DNA of 64,000 bases from an uncultured Verrucomicrobiae bacterium (GTDB lineage Bacteria > Verrucomicrobiota > Verrucomicrobiia > Opitutales > JABDGR01), in contig CAVXVB010000005.1 in assembly GCA_963765205.1 (NCBI GenBank), positions 416,001 to 480,000 on the forward strand. Reading direction: 5' to 3'. The notes beneath the pieces are model-generated. The model was not told where the DNA came from, searched no databases, and saw nothing but the letters and a program-made list of their open reading frames with translations. Within the stretch, counting starts at the first letter, position 1. Every line of letters starts with the position of its first letter. Shown here in pieces: positions 39,875 through 50,583 of the stretch. Both the position numbers and the translations under genes were made by a program.

Positions 39875-42541
39875 ATGCCCGCCGCGCGTTCAACCAAGCC
39901 AGCCCCCGGCCCGGCGGCTCCCGCCGACGGAGTGCCGGTGGAAAAATTGCCCGGCGCGGACACGCCGATGCTCAAGCAATACTGGGAGTTGCGCCGGCAA
40001 CTTTCCGCCGACACGTTGCTGCTGTTCCGCCTCGGCGATTTTTATGAGTTGTTCTTTGAGGACGCGGTGCAAGGCGCCCGCCTGCTGGGCCTCACCCTGA
40101 CCCAGCGCAACGGCCACCCGATGGCCGGCATCCCCTACCACGCCGCGCCCAACTATATTAAAAAGCTCCTCGACGCCGGCCGCAAAGTCGCCGTATGCGA
40201 CCAGACGGAAACACCTGTGCCCGGCAAGCTCGTCCGTCGTGCGCTGACCCGCGTGCTCACGCCCGGCACGATTCTCGAAGACCACCAACTCGAGGCGGGC
40301 CGGCCGCATTACCTGTTGGCGCTCGCCGCCGACCGCGCCGGGTTGCGTGCGGCGTGGCTCGACCTCACCACCGGCGATTTTCAAATTGCGACCGACGCCG
40401 ACCCCGCGCGCCTCTGGCCCGTGCTGCACGCGCTCGACCCGCGCGAAATTTTGGTGGCGGAATCCCTGCCCGAAAGCGGCCCCGCGCCCGCGGGCTGGGG
40501 CGAGGCGTGGGAGAGTTTGCGGGCGAACCGGCCCGTGTCGCGTCTGCCGGATTTTCAATTCGAGCGCGCGCCCGGCGCGCGGCTGGTCAAGGAAACGCTC
40601 GGCGTGCTCAACCTCGAAGGCTTCGGACTGGACGACGCGCACCCGGCGCTCGGTTGCGCGGGCGCGCTGATTGCCTACGCCACGGACACGCTCTGCGGCC
40701 GCCCGGCGCACCTCCACCAACTGCGCGAATACCGCTCGCGCGAGGCGCTGCTGCTCGACCCCGCGACGCTGCATAATCTCGAAGTGCTGCGCTCCGCGCG
40801 CGGCGCGCGCGAAGGCTCGCTTCTGCACGCCGTGGATGCCACTGCCACTGCGCCGGGCGCTCGGCTGCTCGAGCAATGGCTGGCCGCGCCGCTGCTGGAT
40901 TTGACGGAATTGCGCCGGCGGCAGGCCTGCGTCGGCGCGTTTTTGGAGGAACCTGGCCTCGCCGCGCAGGCGCGCGAGGGGCTGGGCGCGGTGCGCGATC
41001 TGGCGCGCATCCTTTCCCGCCTGCAAAACCGCCTGCGCCATCCGCGCGAATTGGCCGGCGTGCGCGACACCCTGCGCGCGCTGCCGGCGGTGCACGCCAC
41101 GCTGGCCGCGTTGCCGGCGCCCGCGGACGCACTGGCCGGGCAGATTCCGCCCTTCGACGATTTGGCGCTGGTGCTTGAAAAAGCCCTCGCCGAGGAACCG
41201 CCGATTGATTTGCAGGATGGCGGCGTCATCCGCGACGGTTACGACGGCGAACTGGACCGCCTCCGCGCTTTATCCCGCGGGCACAAGACCTGGATTTCCG
41301 ATTTCCAGCGCGGCGAGCAGGAACGCACGGGCATCAAAAATCTCCGCGTGTGCTACAACGGCGCGTTCGGCTACTACATTGAGGTCACGAAATCCAACCT
41401 CGCCAACGTGCCGCCGGATTACATCCGCCGCCAGACCATGACCAACGCCGAGCGCTACGTCACCGAGGAGCTGCGCCAGCGGGAAAAACAGATTCTGCAC
41501 GCCGAGGAAAACGCCCTCGCGCGCGAGGAGGAATTGTTCCGCGGGCTGGTCGAGGCCGTCTTGGCCGAGGCCGGCGCCCTGCGCGCGGCGGCGGCGGCGC
41601 TGGCGGAGGCGGACGTATTCCAAGGCTGGGCCAAACTTGCGCGCGAACGCGATTTTTGCCGGCCGGCGCTCGACGACGGCGATGTTTTTGAAATCGAGCA
41701 AGGCCGCCATCCCGTCGTCGAAGTCATCCTGCGCGCCAGCGCGGAAGGGCTGGCCGGCAGCCGCGCGTTTGTGCCCAACGACACCTGCTTGAGCGCCTCG
41801 GGCGAGCAAATCGCGCTCATCACCGGACCGAACATGGCGGGCAAAAGCACTTATATCCGCCAGGTCGCGCTGATTGCAATCCTGGCGCAGGCCGGTGGGT
41901 GGGTGCCGGCGAAAAAATGCCGGCTCGGCTTGGTGGACCGCGTCTTCTCGCGCCTGGGCGCCAGCGATGAACTGGCGCGCGGCCAATCCACTTTTATGGT
42001 TGAGATGAACGAAACCGCGAACATCCTGCGCCACGCCACCGCGCGCAGCCTTGTCATCCTCGATGAAATCGGCCGCGGCACGAGCACCTACGACGGCCTC
42101 GCCATCGCCTGGGCGGTGGTCGAGCGCCTGCATGGGACGGGCGCGGCCGGCCCGCGCACGCTCTTTGCGACACACTATCACGAATTAACCCTGTTGGATC
42201 AATCACTGCCGCGCCTGCGCAACTATGCCGTGACGGTCAAGGAATGGAACGACGAGATCATTTTTGTCCGCCAGGTCACGCGCGGCGCGGCCGGGCGCTC
42301 CTACGGCATCCAGGTGGCGCGGCTGGCCGGGCTGCCGCGCGAGGTGATTGGCCGCGCGCAGGAAATCCTCGCCGCGCTGGAAGCCGAGGGGCGGGCGTTG
42401 CCGGCCCATGTGCGCCGTTCGCTGGATGCGGCCACCCAGCCCGCTTCGTCAATGACGGGAGAAACTCCGGGCACCCGCGCCTTTGCCGATGGCACGGGTG
42501 AGCTCGCGGAACCAACGGTGCCGCAACTGGAATTGTTTTGA
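39875..42541 (+). CDS. mutS: DNA mismatch repair protein MutS
   Basis: TPMLKQY, FRLGDFYELFFEDA, GPNMAGKST, STFMVEM, DEIGRGTST, FATHYHEL, SYGIQVARLAG. Confidence 0.97.
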   Translation: MPAARSTKPAPGPAAPADGVPVEKLPGADTPMLKQYWELRRQLSADTLLLFRLGDFYELFFEDAVQGARLLGLTLTQRNGHPMAGIPYHAAPNYIKKLLDAGRKVAVCDQTETPVPGKLVRRALTRVLTPGTILEDHQLEAGRPHYLLALAADRAGLRAAWLDLTTGDFQIATDADPARLWPVLHALDPREILVAESLPESGPAPAGWGEAWESLRANRPVSRLPDFQFERAPGARLVKETLGVLNLEGFGLDDAHPALGCAGALIAYATDTLCGRPAHLHQLREYRSREALLLDPATLHNLEVLRSARGAREGSLLHAVDATATAPGARLLEQWLAAPLLDLTELRRRQACVGAFLEEPGLAAQAREGLGAVRDLARILSRLQNRLRHPRELAGVRDTLRALPAVHATLAALPAPADALAGQIPPFDDLALVLEKALAEEPPIDLQDGGVIRDGYDGELDRLRALSRGHKTWISDFQRGEQERTGIKNLRVCYNGAFGYYIEVTKSNLANVPPDYIRRQTMTNAERYVTEELRQREKQILHAEENALAREEELFRGLVEAVLAEAGALRAAAAALAEADVFQGWAKLARERDFCRPALDDGDVFEIEQGRHPVVEVILRASAEGLAGSRAFVPNDTCLSASGEQIALITGPNMAGKSTYIRQVALIAILAQAGGWVPAKKCRLGLVDRVFSRLGASDELARGQSTFMVEMNETANILRHATARSLVILDEIGRGTSTYDGLAIAWAVVERLHGTGAAGPRTLFATHYHELTLLDQSLPRLRNYAVTVKEWNDEIIFVRQVTRGAAGRSYGIQVARLAGLPREVIGRAQEILAALEAEGRALPAHVRRSLDAATQPASSMTGETPGTRAFADGTGELAEPTVPQLELF

Positions 42542-42568
42542 CCCCGGGGCCAGGGCTGGGCGCCGGGT

Positions 42569-43237
42569 TTACGGCGTCGCAGAGTCGGATTCACCCGGCG
42601 GCTTTACATCCCAGGTCGTGATGATATCCACGACGGACACGCCCTGGCCGGGCGAGAGCGCCACGCAATCTTCGTTGATGGGGATGTTGGGGTCCTGGGT
42701 GATGGACAGGGCATTGCCATCCAGCGGTGTCAAGGCGATTTGGTTCACCACATTGGGTGAAATCGTGTGCGGGGTGGAAATATTGGTGTTGTAAACGAGC
42801 CAGAGGTCGTCATTTCCAAACGCATCAATCGGGGTGATGGAATTGGGGTCGTTGCTCAAATCACTGTCCTTGAAAGTGGCGAATTGGATGCCTTGCTTGT
42901 TATAGATCGCGTCACCCTGGTCCGGATTCGCCGTCATGATGTGGACAAAGCGCGGGGCCACGATCTTCAGTTGGAAAGCCGTGTCCTCGGTGACGACCGG
43001 AGTGGGGTTGAAGGTGGGCCAGATTTTGTAGGCATCATGGTAGCTTTCCGCCATCAGCACAAGGTTGTTGAGCTGGACTTTGGTTTTGCTGTCGCGGGCT
43101 TTTTTGACGGCGATGCTGCCGATGGGGATCAGAATGCCGGCCAGAATGCCAATGATGCAGATGACGGTGAGCAATTCCACGAGGGTAAAGCCCGCGCGCG
43201 CGCGCCGGTAAAGAGACGGGTAAAGTAGAAGGTGCAT
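42569..43237 (-). CDS. Prepilin-type N-terminal cleavage/methylation (T2SS pseudopilin-like) protein
   Basis: RRARAG|FTLVELLTVICIIGILAGILIP; DAFGN motif. Confidence 0.85.
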   Translation of the reverse strand: MHLLLYPSLYRRARAGFTLVELLTVICIIGILAGILIPIGSIAVKKARDSKTKVQLNNLVLMAESYHDAYKIWPTFNPTPVVTEDTAFQLKIVAPRFVHIMTANPDQGDAIYNKQGIQFATFKDSDLSNDPNSITPIDAFGNDDLWLVYNTNISTPHTISPNVVNQIALTPLDGNALSITQDPNIPINEDCVALSPGQGVSVVDIITTWDVKPPGESDSATP

Positions 43238-43281
43238 GGGGAGGGGGGCGGAAAGGGTGGGAGGGCGGTCGGGAGGGTGGA

Positions 43282-43992
43282 TTATTGGTCGTAATCACCG
43301 TAGGTCCAGGTCGTGACCCATGAGGAATTGACGGCGTCGTCGTTCAGGTCCTGAATCAGCGAATAAAGGACGATGGTGAGTGGGATGTTGCGCACCACTT
43401 TCGGCACCAGCGGCCCATTGCCATCCGCATCATTGACGCCTTTCACAAACGCATTTTTGTCAATTTCATGGGCCGTGCCGACGTGGACGACGACTCCGAT
43501 GTCCGAGTTGCCAAACCCATCCACCAACAACGGATCCTCGTCGCTGCCGGGGGGCTCGCGGGAGAGCAGGCTGTCATCCACCCGGAGAAAGGGGATTTTC
43601 AGGCGATTATAATTCGTGGCCCCCGGCGAGCTGGCGGTGGTCTGGTAGTTCGCATCGTTCATCAACACCTGGCGCAGGAGGGACTTGTCGTCGTTGAACA
43701 GGAAGGTGTAGTCAATTTCGTGCGGGTTGTTTTCCCACGGCTTCGCCTGGGCGGACAATTCGTTAAATATGGGGTAGCGCCCATATTGCTCCTTGTAGGA
43801 CTCAAAGGCCATGGCGATATTGGTATAGAGCGTCTTTGTGCGGTTATACCGGTTCTTGCGCAGCACCACGCCGATGGTGGGCACGAGGATGCCGATGAAA
43901 ATGGCGATGATGGCGATCACCGTGAGCAACTCGACGAGCGTAAAGCCGCGGGGCAGGCGCGGGCGGCGGAAAGTGGGGGCGGGCCGGGGCAT
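43282..43992 (-). CDS. Prepilin-type N-terminal cleavage/methylation (T2SS pseudopilin-like) protein
   Basis: RLPRG|FTLVELLTVIAIIAIFIGILVP; YKEQYGRYP, DGFGN. Confidence 0.85.
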   Translation of the reverse strand: MPRPAPTFRRPRLPRGFTLVELLTVIAIIAIFIGILVPTIGVVLRKNRYNRTKTLYTNIAMAFESYKEQYGRYPIFNELSAQAKPWENNPHEIDYTFLFNDDKSLLRQVLMNDANYQTTASSPGATNYNRLKIPFLRVDDSLLSREPPGSDEDPLLVDGFGNSDIGVVVHVGTAHEIDKNAFVKGVNDADGNGPLVPKVVRNIPLTIVLYSLIQDLNDDAVNSSWVTTWTYGDYDQ

Positions 43993-44102
43993 AAGGGGCT
44001 ATCCGTAAACTTATCCCTAGCCGCGCACAACTGCAAAGTTTTAGTGAATTATTTTGGCAAATTCTCCTTGCCGCCGGGCCGCCGGCCCCCAGTCTGGCGC
44101 CA

Positions 44103-45029
44103 ATGCCCGCCGTGCCCGACTTTGTCCAGGCCAATACCAACGGCCGCCTGCACGATGCCCGCGCCGCGAGCCTCAGCCCGCTGGATCGCGGCTTCCTCTA
44201 CGGCGACGCCGTTTACGAGGTCTGGCGCACCTATGGCGGCGTCCTGTTTGGCGTGGACGAGCATGAGGAGCGCCTCGCAACCTCCGCGGCGGGCTTGGGT
44301 TTGCGCCTGCCCTTGGACCGGGCGGGCTGGCTGGCCGAGGTCCGCCGCACTATCGCCGCCGCGCGCGCGCAGACCGGCTGGGCGGGCGAACACTACGTCC
44401 GCCTGCAAATCAGCCGCGGCAGCGGTCCTATCGGGCTGGACCCGGCCCTGGCCGGAACCGACCCCACCTGGGTGCTGCTGGTCAAGCCCCTGGCAGATTT
44501 GACGGAGGCGGAATTGGACGCCGGCTTGCGCGTTGAGCTGGCGCGCGTCGTGCGCCGCAACGATTCGCGCACGCTCCCCCCCAGCCTCAAAACCGGCAAT
44601 TATTTGAACAACGTCCTTGCATTGCGCGAGGCCCTGGCCGCCGGCGCGCAGGAGGTGCTCATGGTCAACCTGGCCGGCCGGCTGACGGAAGGCTCGGTGC
44701 GCAATTTCTGGTTCGTCGAAAACGGGGCCGCCTTCACGCCCCCATTCGAGGAGGGCCTGCTCGCCGGCGTCACCCGGCGGATTCTATTCGAGCATGTCGC
44801 GCCCGCCGCCGGCCTCCGGTTGGCCGAAGCTGCGCTCACGCCGGATGATTTGCCCCGTTTTTCGGAATGCTTTGTGACCTCGACCACGCAGGACATCGCG
44901 CCCGTCTCCGCTATTGGCCCGCGCCATTTCCGCCTCGGCCCGGACACCTGGGCGCGCCAGCTCAAAACCGCCTTCCGGGCCTACGTGGAAAAATACAACA
45001 AAGAGCATCCGGAGTTCCGGGTGGTCTAA
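44103..45029 (+). CDS. Class IV aminotransferase (BCAT/D-amino-acid aminotransferase-like)
   Basis: DRGFLYGDAVYE, LKTGNY, TEGS, LLAGVTR. Confidence 0.9.
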   Translation: MPAVPDFVQANTNGRLHDARAASLSPLDRGFLYGDAVYEVWRTYGGVLFGVDEHEERLATSAAGLGLRLPLDRAGWLAEVRRTIAAARAQTGWAGEHYVRLQISRGSGPIGLDPALAGTDPTWVLLVKPLADLTEAELDAGLRVELARVVRRNDSRTLPPSLKTGNYLNNVLALREALAAGAQEVLMVNLAGRLTEGSVRNFWFVENGAAFTPPFEEGLLAGVTRRILFEHVAPAAGLRLAEAALTPDDLPRFSECFVTSTTQDIAPVSAIGPRHFRLGPDTWARQLKTAFRAYVEKYNKEHPEFRVV

Positions 45030-45063
45030 GCGGTTGCTCGCGGCACTGGGCTGGATGCTTTTG

Positions 45064-45148
45064 ACCACGGAGAGCGGAGGACGCGGAGGGAGCAGGTTTG
45101 CAGTTTTTAATTTACAGTTTTCTCCGTGTCCTCTGTATTCCCCGTGGT
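45064..45148. repeat. Palindromic 9-mer-period repeat (ACCACGGA family)
   Basis: accacggagagcggaggacgcggag ... ctccgtgtcctctgtattccccgtggt. Confidence 0.65.
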
Positions 45149-45234
45149 TGGATCTCTTTATGCCATCAACTACTGAACTGATAGAAATTCGCTTTCTTTG
45201 GGTTGTTGGGCGGGAGGCGGGGGTTAAGCTTTAT

Positions 45235-45570
45235 TTAGTGTACGGCGGCGGCGCTTGCGGCCTGCTGCGCGGCGCGAGCGGCAGCCACAGACACGGAGGA
45301 GTTCGAGGCCGCGCCGTTGGCCGAGACAAGCGAAGCGACGCCGGTGCCAAAGCCGCTCATCGGGTTGGACCAAAGGAGGTCTCCCGAAAAGGGATTCAGG
45401 CCATACATATAGCCGTCCACGGACACAACGAGCACATCGCCATCCAGCAACAGGGTGGTATACAGGCTGCCTTGCGGAGCGTGCCACTGCCACACGAGAC
45501 TCCCGGTGGTGCGGTTCAAAGCCGCCACCCGGCGGTTGAACCCGGTAAAGATGAGGTCGTTGATATTCAT
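45235..45570 (-). CDS. Small PQQ-binding-like beta-propeller repeat protein
   Basis: VAALNRTTGSLVW and MYGLNPFSGDLLW tryptophan-docking repeats. Confidence 0.75.
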   Translation of the reverse strand: MNINDLIFTGFNRRVAALNRTTGSLVWQWHAPQGSLYTTLLLDGDVLVVSVDGYMYGLNPFSGDLLWSNPMSGFGTGVASLVSANGAASNSSVSVAAARAAQQAASAAAVH

Positions 45571-45771
45571 GGGGTTGTTACGGAGGGGAATTTGCTTTTT
45601 TAGGATTGTTTGGGTTGGGGTGGGGCTGGAACTGAATTTTTGGGGGTGGAATTTCTTCTGGCAAGCGAGCTTTTGAGTATTCAGCAATCAATATTCAGAA
45701 ACAGCAATTTGCCTTGGCTCCTCGGCCGCCTTATCGCCTCAGTGGCCTCAGTTGCCTTTGTTAGCTCCCCA

Positions 45772-47766
45772 TCACGGGGCCACGTTTTTATTAATCGTGT
45801 TTAGCAGCCGGGTGCGCGTCGCATCAGATATGTTTGCCGATTGGACGGCGGCGGTGGCGGCATTCGGATCCGCCCGCGACCAGACTTGGACGACGTTGTT
45901 CAGTTGGTTGCCCTGCATGGTGGCGGCGCTGATCGAGGCTGCCCAAGTGAAGGCCGCCGGCGAGTCGGTCGCCGACAGGGCGCCGACTTCGGCCCGGGCC
46001 GCCCGGTCGCGTGGATTGCCTGCGGGCAGGGTGTTAATCCACTGCGCAGCCGCGGCGGGGTCCGTTTGAATCCAGTTCGTGGCAACCGTTTGCGTCGCGA
46101 CATCCAGGGTATTGCCGGCAGGCAGGCTGGGCAGCGACGCGGCTGCGGTGGCGGGGTCGGTTGCGCTCCAAGCGCCGATCACCTTGCCATAAGCTGCGTC
46201 TTGCGCAGTGCCCGCAGGCATCTCATTGACGAGGGTGAGTGCTTGTTGCGGGTCCGAGGACGTCATCTGGGTCAGCACCGCGCCGAGGGCGGCCGCGCGC
46301 GTCCCATCGTCGGGGAGCGTTTGCACCCAGGCTGCCGCCGCGGTTGGATCCGCTGACGCGCGACTGGATGCGACCGCCGCCATCATGGCTGCGAATTGGG
46401 GATTATCGGTGCCGAGGGATTCGACATAAGCCGCCGCCGCGTCGGGATCGCTGGCTGCCCAAGTTGAAACGACATTGTTCTCCACCCCGCTTTTGAACGC
46501 CCCGACGGGAGCGGTGCCACTGGCGTCGTCCAGATACTTTAACCACGTCAAATCCGCCTGGGGGTCCTGTTGGGCCCAATTACTGGAAGTTTCTTCTTCG
46601 GACATCATGCGGTATCCGCCGCCGGCGGGCATTTTGGCCAGGTAATCCGCCGCCATTTGCGGGTTGGTCAGGCTCATCGGATCAAGCGCCGTGGTCAAGG
46701 CTTGCTTCAAGGTGCCGCCGGTGGCGTTTTGCAACACCCAGTCCGCCGCCGCTTGCGGGTCATCCTGCGACCAACTGGCCGCCAGTTGCACGGTCATCTT
46801 ATTGCGGTCGGGAACACTGGCAATGTTGGCCACATAGCTGGCCGCCTGCTGCGGGTCCTGCTGGGCCAGGGCGCCAATGGCCGCATTAATCGCCTGGTTG
46901 CGCATGGTTCCGTTCGGCAGTGTCGCGGCATAAGCCAGGGCCGCCTGCGGATCCGCCGTCGCCCAGCCTTGCAGCGCGCTTTGAATGGCCGCGTTGCGGT
47001 CGCGATTGGCGGGCAAATTCATGGCGGCCGCCAGGGCCGCCTGCGGATCCTGGCTGGCCCAGCTGTTGAAGACCTGGCCAATAATCGAGCGATAGGCGCT
47101 GTTGAGGGGCAAACTTTGCAACGCCGCCAGCGCCGCCGCCGGATTGCTGCTGATCATGCTCTGGGCAATTTCGCCAATCACGGATTCCCGCAAACGCTTG
47201 TCGTCAATTTGACCGGCGGCCGCGAGGGCCCCGGTCGGGTCAAAATTGGCCCAGGACGCAAACACCAGGCCAATCACCTCGTCCCGGCCATAACGGTTGG
47301 GCACCGCCGCGGCCCAGCCCAACGCGCTGCTTGGGTTAAGGTGCGCCAGCCGGTCTATCAGGAGGGACAACGCCAATTGATTGTTGCTCGAGGCCGGGCC
47401 GCCCATTCCCCCTTGCATCAGCACCATCATGGCGTAGCCGCCCAGACCGGTGTTGTGCGTGGTCCCGGGCAATTTGACGAGGTAATCCAGCAAAGGCCGG
47501 ATGCCGGCCGCATCCAGGCCGCTCACAAAATCGCCGAGCGCGCGGATCATTTGCAGCGGGTCCTTCATGGCGAGGATGCTTTTGAGCATCGCCAGGCTGT
47601 CGGTCGGGAGCGCCCCGCCGCCGGATTTTTTGGGAGCGGCGGCGACCCGCGGCGGCGGCAGCCTCGCCTCCAATTGCATGATTTTTTTCTGTTGGAGAAA
47701 AAGCGGGATCGCGGCCGCGAGGGCCACGACGAGACAGGTGGCCAGGATCGTGTTTCTTTTATTCAT
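45772..47766 (-). CDS. Membrane-anchored alpha-helical repeat protein (W-x3-DP-x-AA repeats)
   Basis: N-terminal TM, then more than 10 repeats of about 30-35 aa such as WASQDPQAALAAAMNLP and WATADPQAALAYAATLP. Confidence 0.8.
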   Translation of the reverse strand: MNKRNTILATCLVVALAAAIPLFLQQKKIMQLEARLPPPRVAAAPKKSGGGALPTDSLAMLKSILAMKDPLQMIRALGDFVSGLDAAGIRPLLDYLVKLPGTTHNTGLGGYAMMVLMQGGMGGPASSNNQLALSLLIDRLAHLNPSSALGWAAAVPNRYGRDEVIGLVFASWANFDPTGALAAAGQIDDKRLRESVIGEIAQSMISSNPAAALAALQSLPLNSAYRSIIGQVFNSWASQDPQAALAAAMNLPANRDRNAAIQSALQGWATADPQAALAYAATLPNGTMRNQAINAAIGALAQQDPQQAASYVANIASVPDRNKMTVQLAASWSQDDPQAAADWVLQNATGGTLKQALTTALDPMSLTNPQMAADYLAKMPAGGGYRMMSEEETSSNWAQQDPQADLTWLKYLDDASGTAPVGAFKSGVENNVVSTWAASDPDAAAAYVESLGTDNPQFAAMMAAVASSRASADPTAAAAWVQTLPDDGTRAAALGAVLTQMTSSDPQQALTLVNEMPAGTAQDAAYGKVIGAWSATDPATAAASLPSLPAGNTLDVATQTVATNWIQTDPAAAAQWINTLPAGNPRDRAARAEVGALSATDSPAAFTWAASISAATMQGNQLNNVVQVWSRADPNAATAAVQSANISDATRTRLLNTINKNVAP

Positions 47767-47988
47767 GGCGAAAAAGTCGGTTGGGGCCGGCCGGGCGGGA
47801 TGGAATAAACGGGGATAAACTCATGGATTACTGATTTATGATGTTTAAAATTGAATGAAAGCTTGGTCGGGGACGAGCGCATGCCGTCAAGGATCAATCG
47901 CCGGATTTCAGAATTCAGCAACCCGCATTAAAACGGAGAAGAAAACTTTTCATTTTTGATGCAGCGGGGAGTGGAAGCGGGGCTATCC

Positions 47989-48891
47989 TCACCCATTCTG
48001 CTGCGCCAAGTGTTCGAGGCCGCTGCGGGAATTGGAACCGAGGCGTTGGATGACGGCGATGTTGGCCTGGACTTGTTCGAAATACGGGTTCGGGCCGCCG
48101 GGAAACGGGTCGGCGAGGTAGCGGCCAACATCCCCGCATTCGTCGCGGAATTTGGGGAGGACAAACTTGTCCCAAAACGCGGGCGTGCGTTGATACAATT
48201 CGTTGACGGTCTTGAACTGGCGCTGGTCGGGGGGGATGTTGTTGGCCCGGTCGCTTTCCACGAATTCCTCAAACAAGTTGGGCAGCTTGCGCGCGTAGCC
48301 CGGGTCGCTCATCTGGCTCAGGAAATCAGCCGTGCAGACGGCTTGGCCGAGGAGGCGGTGGGCGGGGTTGCCAAACCGCGTGCCGCCGAGGTTGCTGCGG
48401 GGGCCGGTGCAGAGGATGAGCGAGCAGACGCGCTCGATGTCCAGCGCCTCCCAATGTTCCTCGGCGAGAAAGTTGCGGGCAATGTCACAGCCGCGGGGCT
48501 CGTGGATGAGGGTGTGTTTGGCGCCGGTGCCTTCGTCGTCCCCGCGTTTCTTCAGGTAGCCGACGTCGTGCAGGAGCAGCGCATGGTAGGCGATGCGGAA
48601 ATCGCGCGGGGTGAGCACGGGGGTGGCGCGGGCGCGCTGGTGGCCGGCGAGGATGCGCAGGCCGCAGAGCGTGGCCTGGAGCGTGTGCTCGATGTCATGA
48701 TAGGCGGTATCCATCGCCTGGTAGTCGCCCCAGCGCCCGGCAAATACGTCCTCGATCTTCCGCATGACCGGCTGGAGGTAGAGCGCGCGGGCGCCCGGAA
48801 ACATTTCCTCATGCAATTTCTGCACCGCGCCCGCGACCGCCATGGGGTTGCGGGTGTCAGGGTCAAGCAGGGTATAGGTCTGCTGGTTCAT
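47989..48891 (-). CDS. HD-domain metal-dependent phosphohydrolase
   Basis: YHDIEHT, LLHDVGY, HEPRG, CTADFLSQ. Confidence 0.78.
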   Translation of the reverse strand: MNQQTYTLLDPDTRNPMAVAGAVQKLHEEMFPGARALYLQPVMRKIEDVFAGRWGDYQAMDTAYHDIEHTLQATLCGLRILAGHQRARATPVLTPRDFRIAYHALLLHDVGYLKKRGDDEGTGAKHTLIHEPRGCDIARNFLAEEHWEALDIERVCSLILCTGPRSNLGGTRFGNPAHRLLGQAVCTADFLSQMSDPGYARKLPNLFEEFVESDRANNIPPDQRQFKTVNELYQRTPAFWDKFVLPKFRDECGDVGRYLADPFPGGPNPYFEQVQANIAVIQRLGSNSRSGLEHLAQQNG

Positions 48892-48990
48892 CACCACAGG
48901 CCACCGAATCGGAGGCCATGGGGTGAAAATATCCCAAAGCGCCCAATACGCAACCGCAAAAACGACCATGGCGCTCGGTGATATGACCCG

Positions 48991-50364
48991 TTAGGGGGAG
49001 GCGGTGTAGCCACCGGCGCGCAAATCATCCGCGGACGGATTGTCGAGCCTGGGCAGGTCGCGCGTGATGCTGATTTTGCCCACCTCATGGTTTGAGTTGT
49101 TGTCCAGGATATGCAGCTTGAGAGGGGGCAACTCCATGTTCGCGTCGAAGTCTGCGACATCGGGCACCAGCCATTCGCCGCCAACATCGGCCGGACTGGC
49201 GGCCAAATCGCCGGGTTTGTCCGGCGGCAAAACCATGCTCAGGAAATCCTGGTCCGACAGGCCCAGATCGCCTTGCTGGTCCCGGAAGTAGGATTTGAGC
49301 ATCAGGATGGCGAAACGGTTTTCCAGCGTGTCGGGGTGGCCCTGCGTGCCGACCCGGAAGGCGAAGGAGACTTTCTTGGCGTCGGCAATCACGTTGTTGG
49401 GGTCATCCAGATGCACGGTGATGGTCTTGGCCGGCTCAACGTCTGTGCTGTCGGGCGTGGGCGCAATGCGCTTGGACATGTTTTTATAAATGGCCAGGCC
49501 AAGCGCCTTGCCCAGGCTCGGGTCCACGGAGAGCATCATGATTTGGTTCGCGACGATGTGCATGTTGGACAGGTCCACCGCGCGCAAGTCCACCGCTGCA
49601 TAACCGTTGTGCGACTCATAGAGCACTTCACCGACGATCAGCGCCGCTTTTGTGTTGCCAGCCTGCACAAAGGCCCGGTCGGGATAGGAAATGATCAGCT
49701 TGCCGTCATCCTGGCCGAGGGTGAAAGTCGAGTCCTTGAAGCTTTTATTCTTGTCGAATTTGAGGATTTCCTGGCGGACTTGCGCGGTCAAATCAGGCTT
49801 GGCCACATAGGCCGGCTCCTCGAAGGCATAGACGCCGGCGAGGTAAATCTGCTTGTAGTTTTGATCCGCGAGGGAACCGAGCACCTTGTCGCACATGCTG
49901 GCATAAACATCCGGCCATTGCCCCGTGGTGACGGCGAGGGTGGCGGCCTCGGTCGCGGCCACGCCGCTCTTATCCTCCTCGCGTTTGGCGATGGCAATTT
50001 GGCGCAAGCGGTCCTGGTCGGCATTAAGGAGCTTGAGCTTGGCCGTGGCTTCCTTCATCTCCTGGGTGCCTTTCGCATGCTGGGCCGTCAGGTCTGTCTT
50101 GAAGACCGCGTTCGGGTCCGCCTTGGCGGCCTGGTCTTTCTTGCCTTCCTGCATCTCGCGGTTGGCATCGGCAATGTCCTGCACGTTTTGGTTCCATTCC
50201 GCCAGGTCTTTTTGGCTGACCTGTGTCAGGTAGCGCACGACCTCCTTGTCGGAAATCGTCGGCTTGGCCGAGGTGCCGGAGGCCACGGCCGGGCTGGTCG
50301 CCGCGTGTCCAACACAAGTCGCACCGCTCAAAATCACGAGGGTCGCAATGAGGTATTTTCGCAT
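48991..50364 (-). CDS. Secreted hypothetical protein (coiled-coil N-region)
   Basis: Signal peptide MRKYLIATLVILSGATCVGHA; 457 aa; no recognised family. Confidence 0.7.
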   Translation of the reverse strand: MRKYLIATLVILSGATCVGHAATSPAVASGTSAKPTISDKEVVRYLTQVSQKDLAEWNQNVQDIADANREMQEGKKDQAAKADPNAVFKTDLTAQHAKGTQEMKEATAKLKLLNADQDRLRQIAIAKREEDKSGVAATEAATLAVTTGQWPDVYASMCDKVLGSLADQNYKQIYLAGVYAFEEPAYVAKPDLTAQVRQEILKFDKNKSFKDSTFTLGQDDGKLIISYPDRAFVQAGNTKAALIVGEVLYESHNGYAAVDLRAVDLSNMHIVANQIMMLSVDPSLGKALGLAIYKNMSKRIAPTPDSTDVEPAKTITVHLDDPNNVIADAKKVSFAFRVGTQGHPDTLENRFAILMLKSYFRDQQGDLGLSDQDFLSMVLPPDKPGDLAASPADVGGEWLVPDVADFDANMELPPLKLHILDNNSNHEVGKISITRDLPRLDNPSADDLRAGGYTASP

Positions 50365-50583
50365 GGTCATGATGTAACGGAAATGGGGTAAGGCACAAAA
50401 ATAACACAAATATCCCAGAGGCCAAGCCGAAAGAATCGTGGGTTTCCAACGGGCGGCAAATCAGGGTGGGTTTGCGCTGGTTATGAAGACCCGCCTGCGC
50501 GCGGTTCGGTTCCCTTCTCCTTTATCACTTCCAAGACACGCTTGCCGGTTGACTTTCCGGGTCGGACGCGGGAAGTTGCCCCC

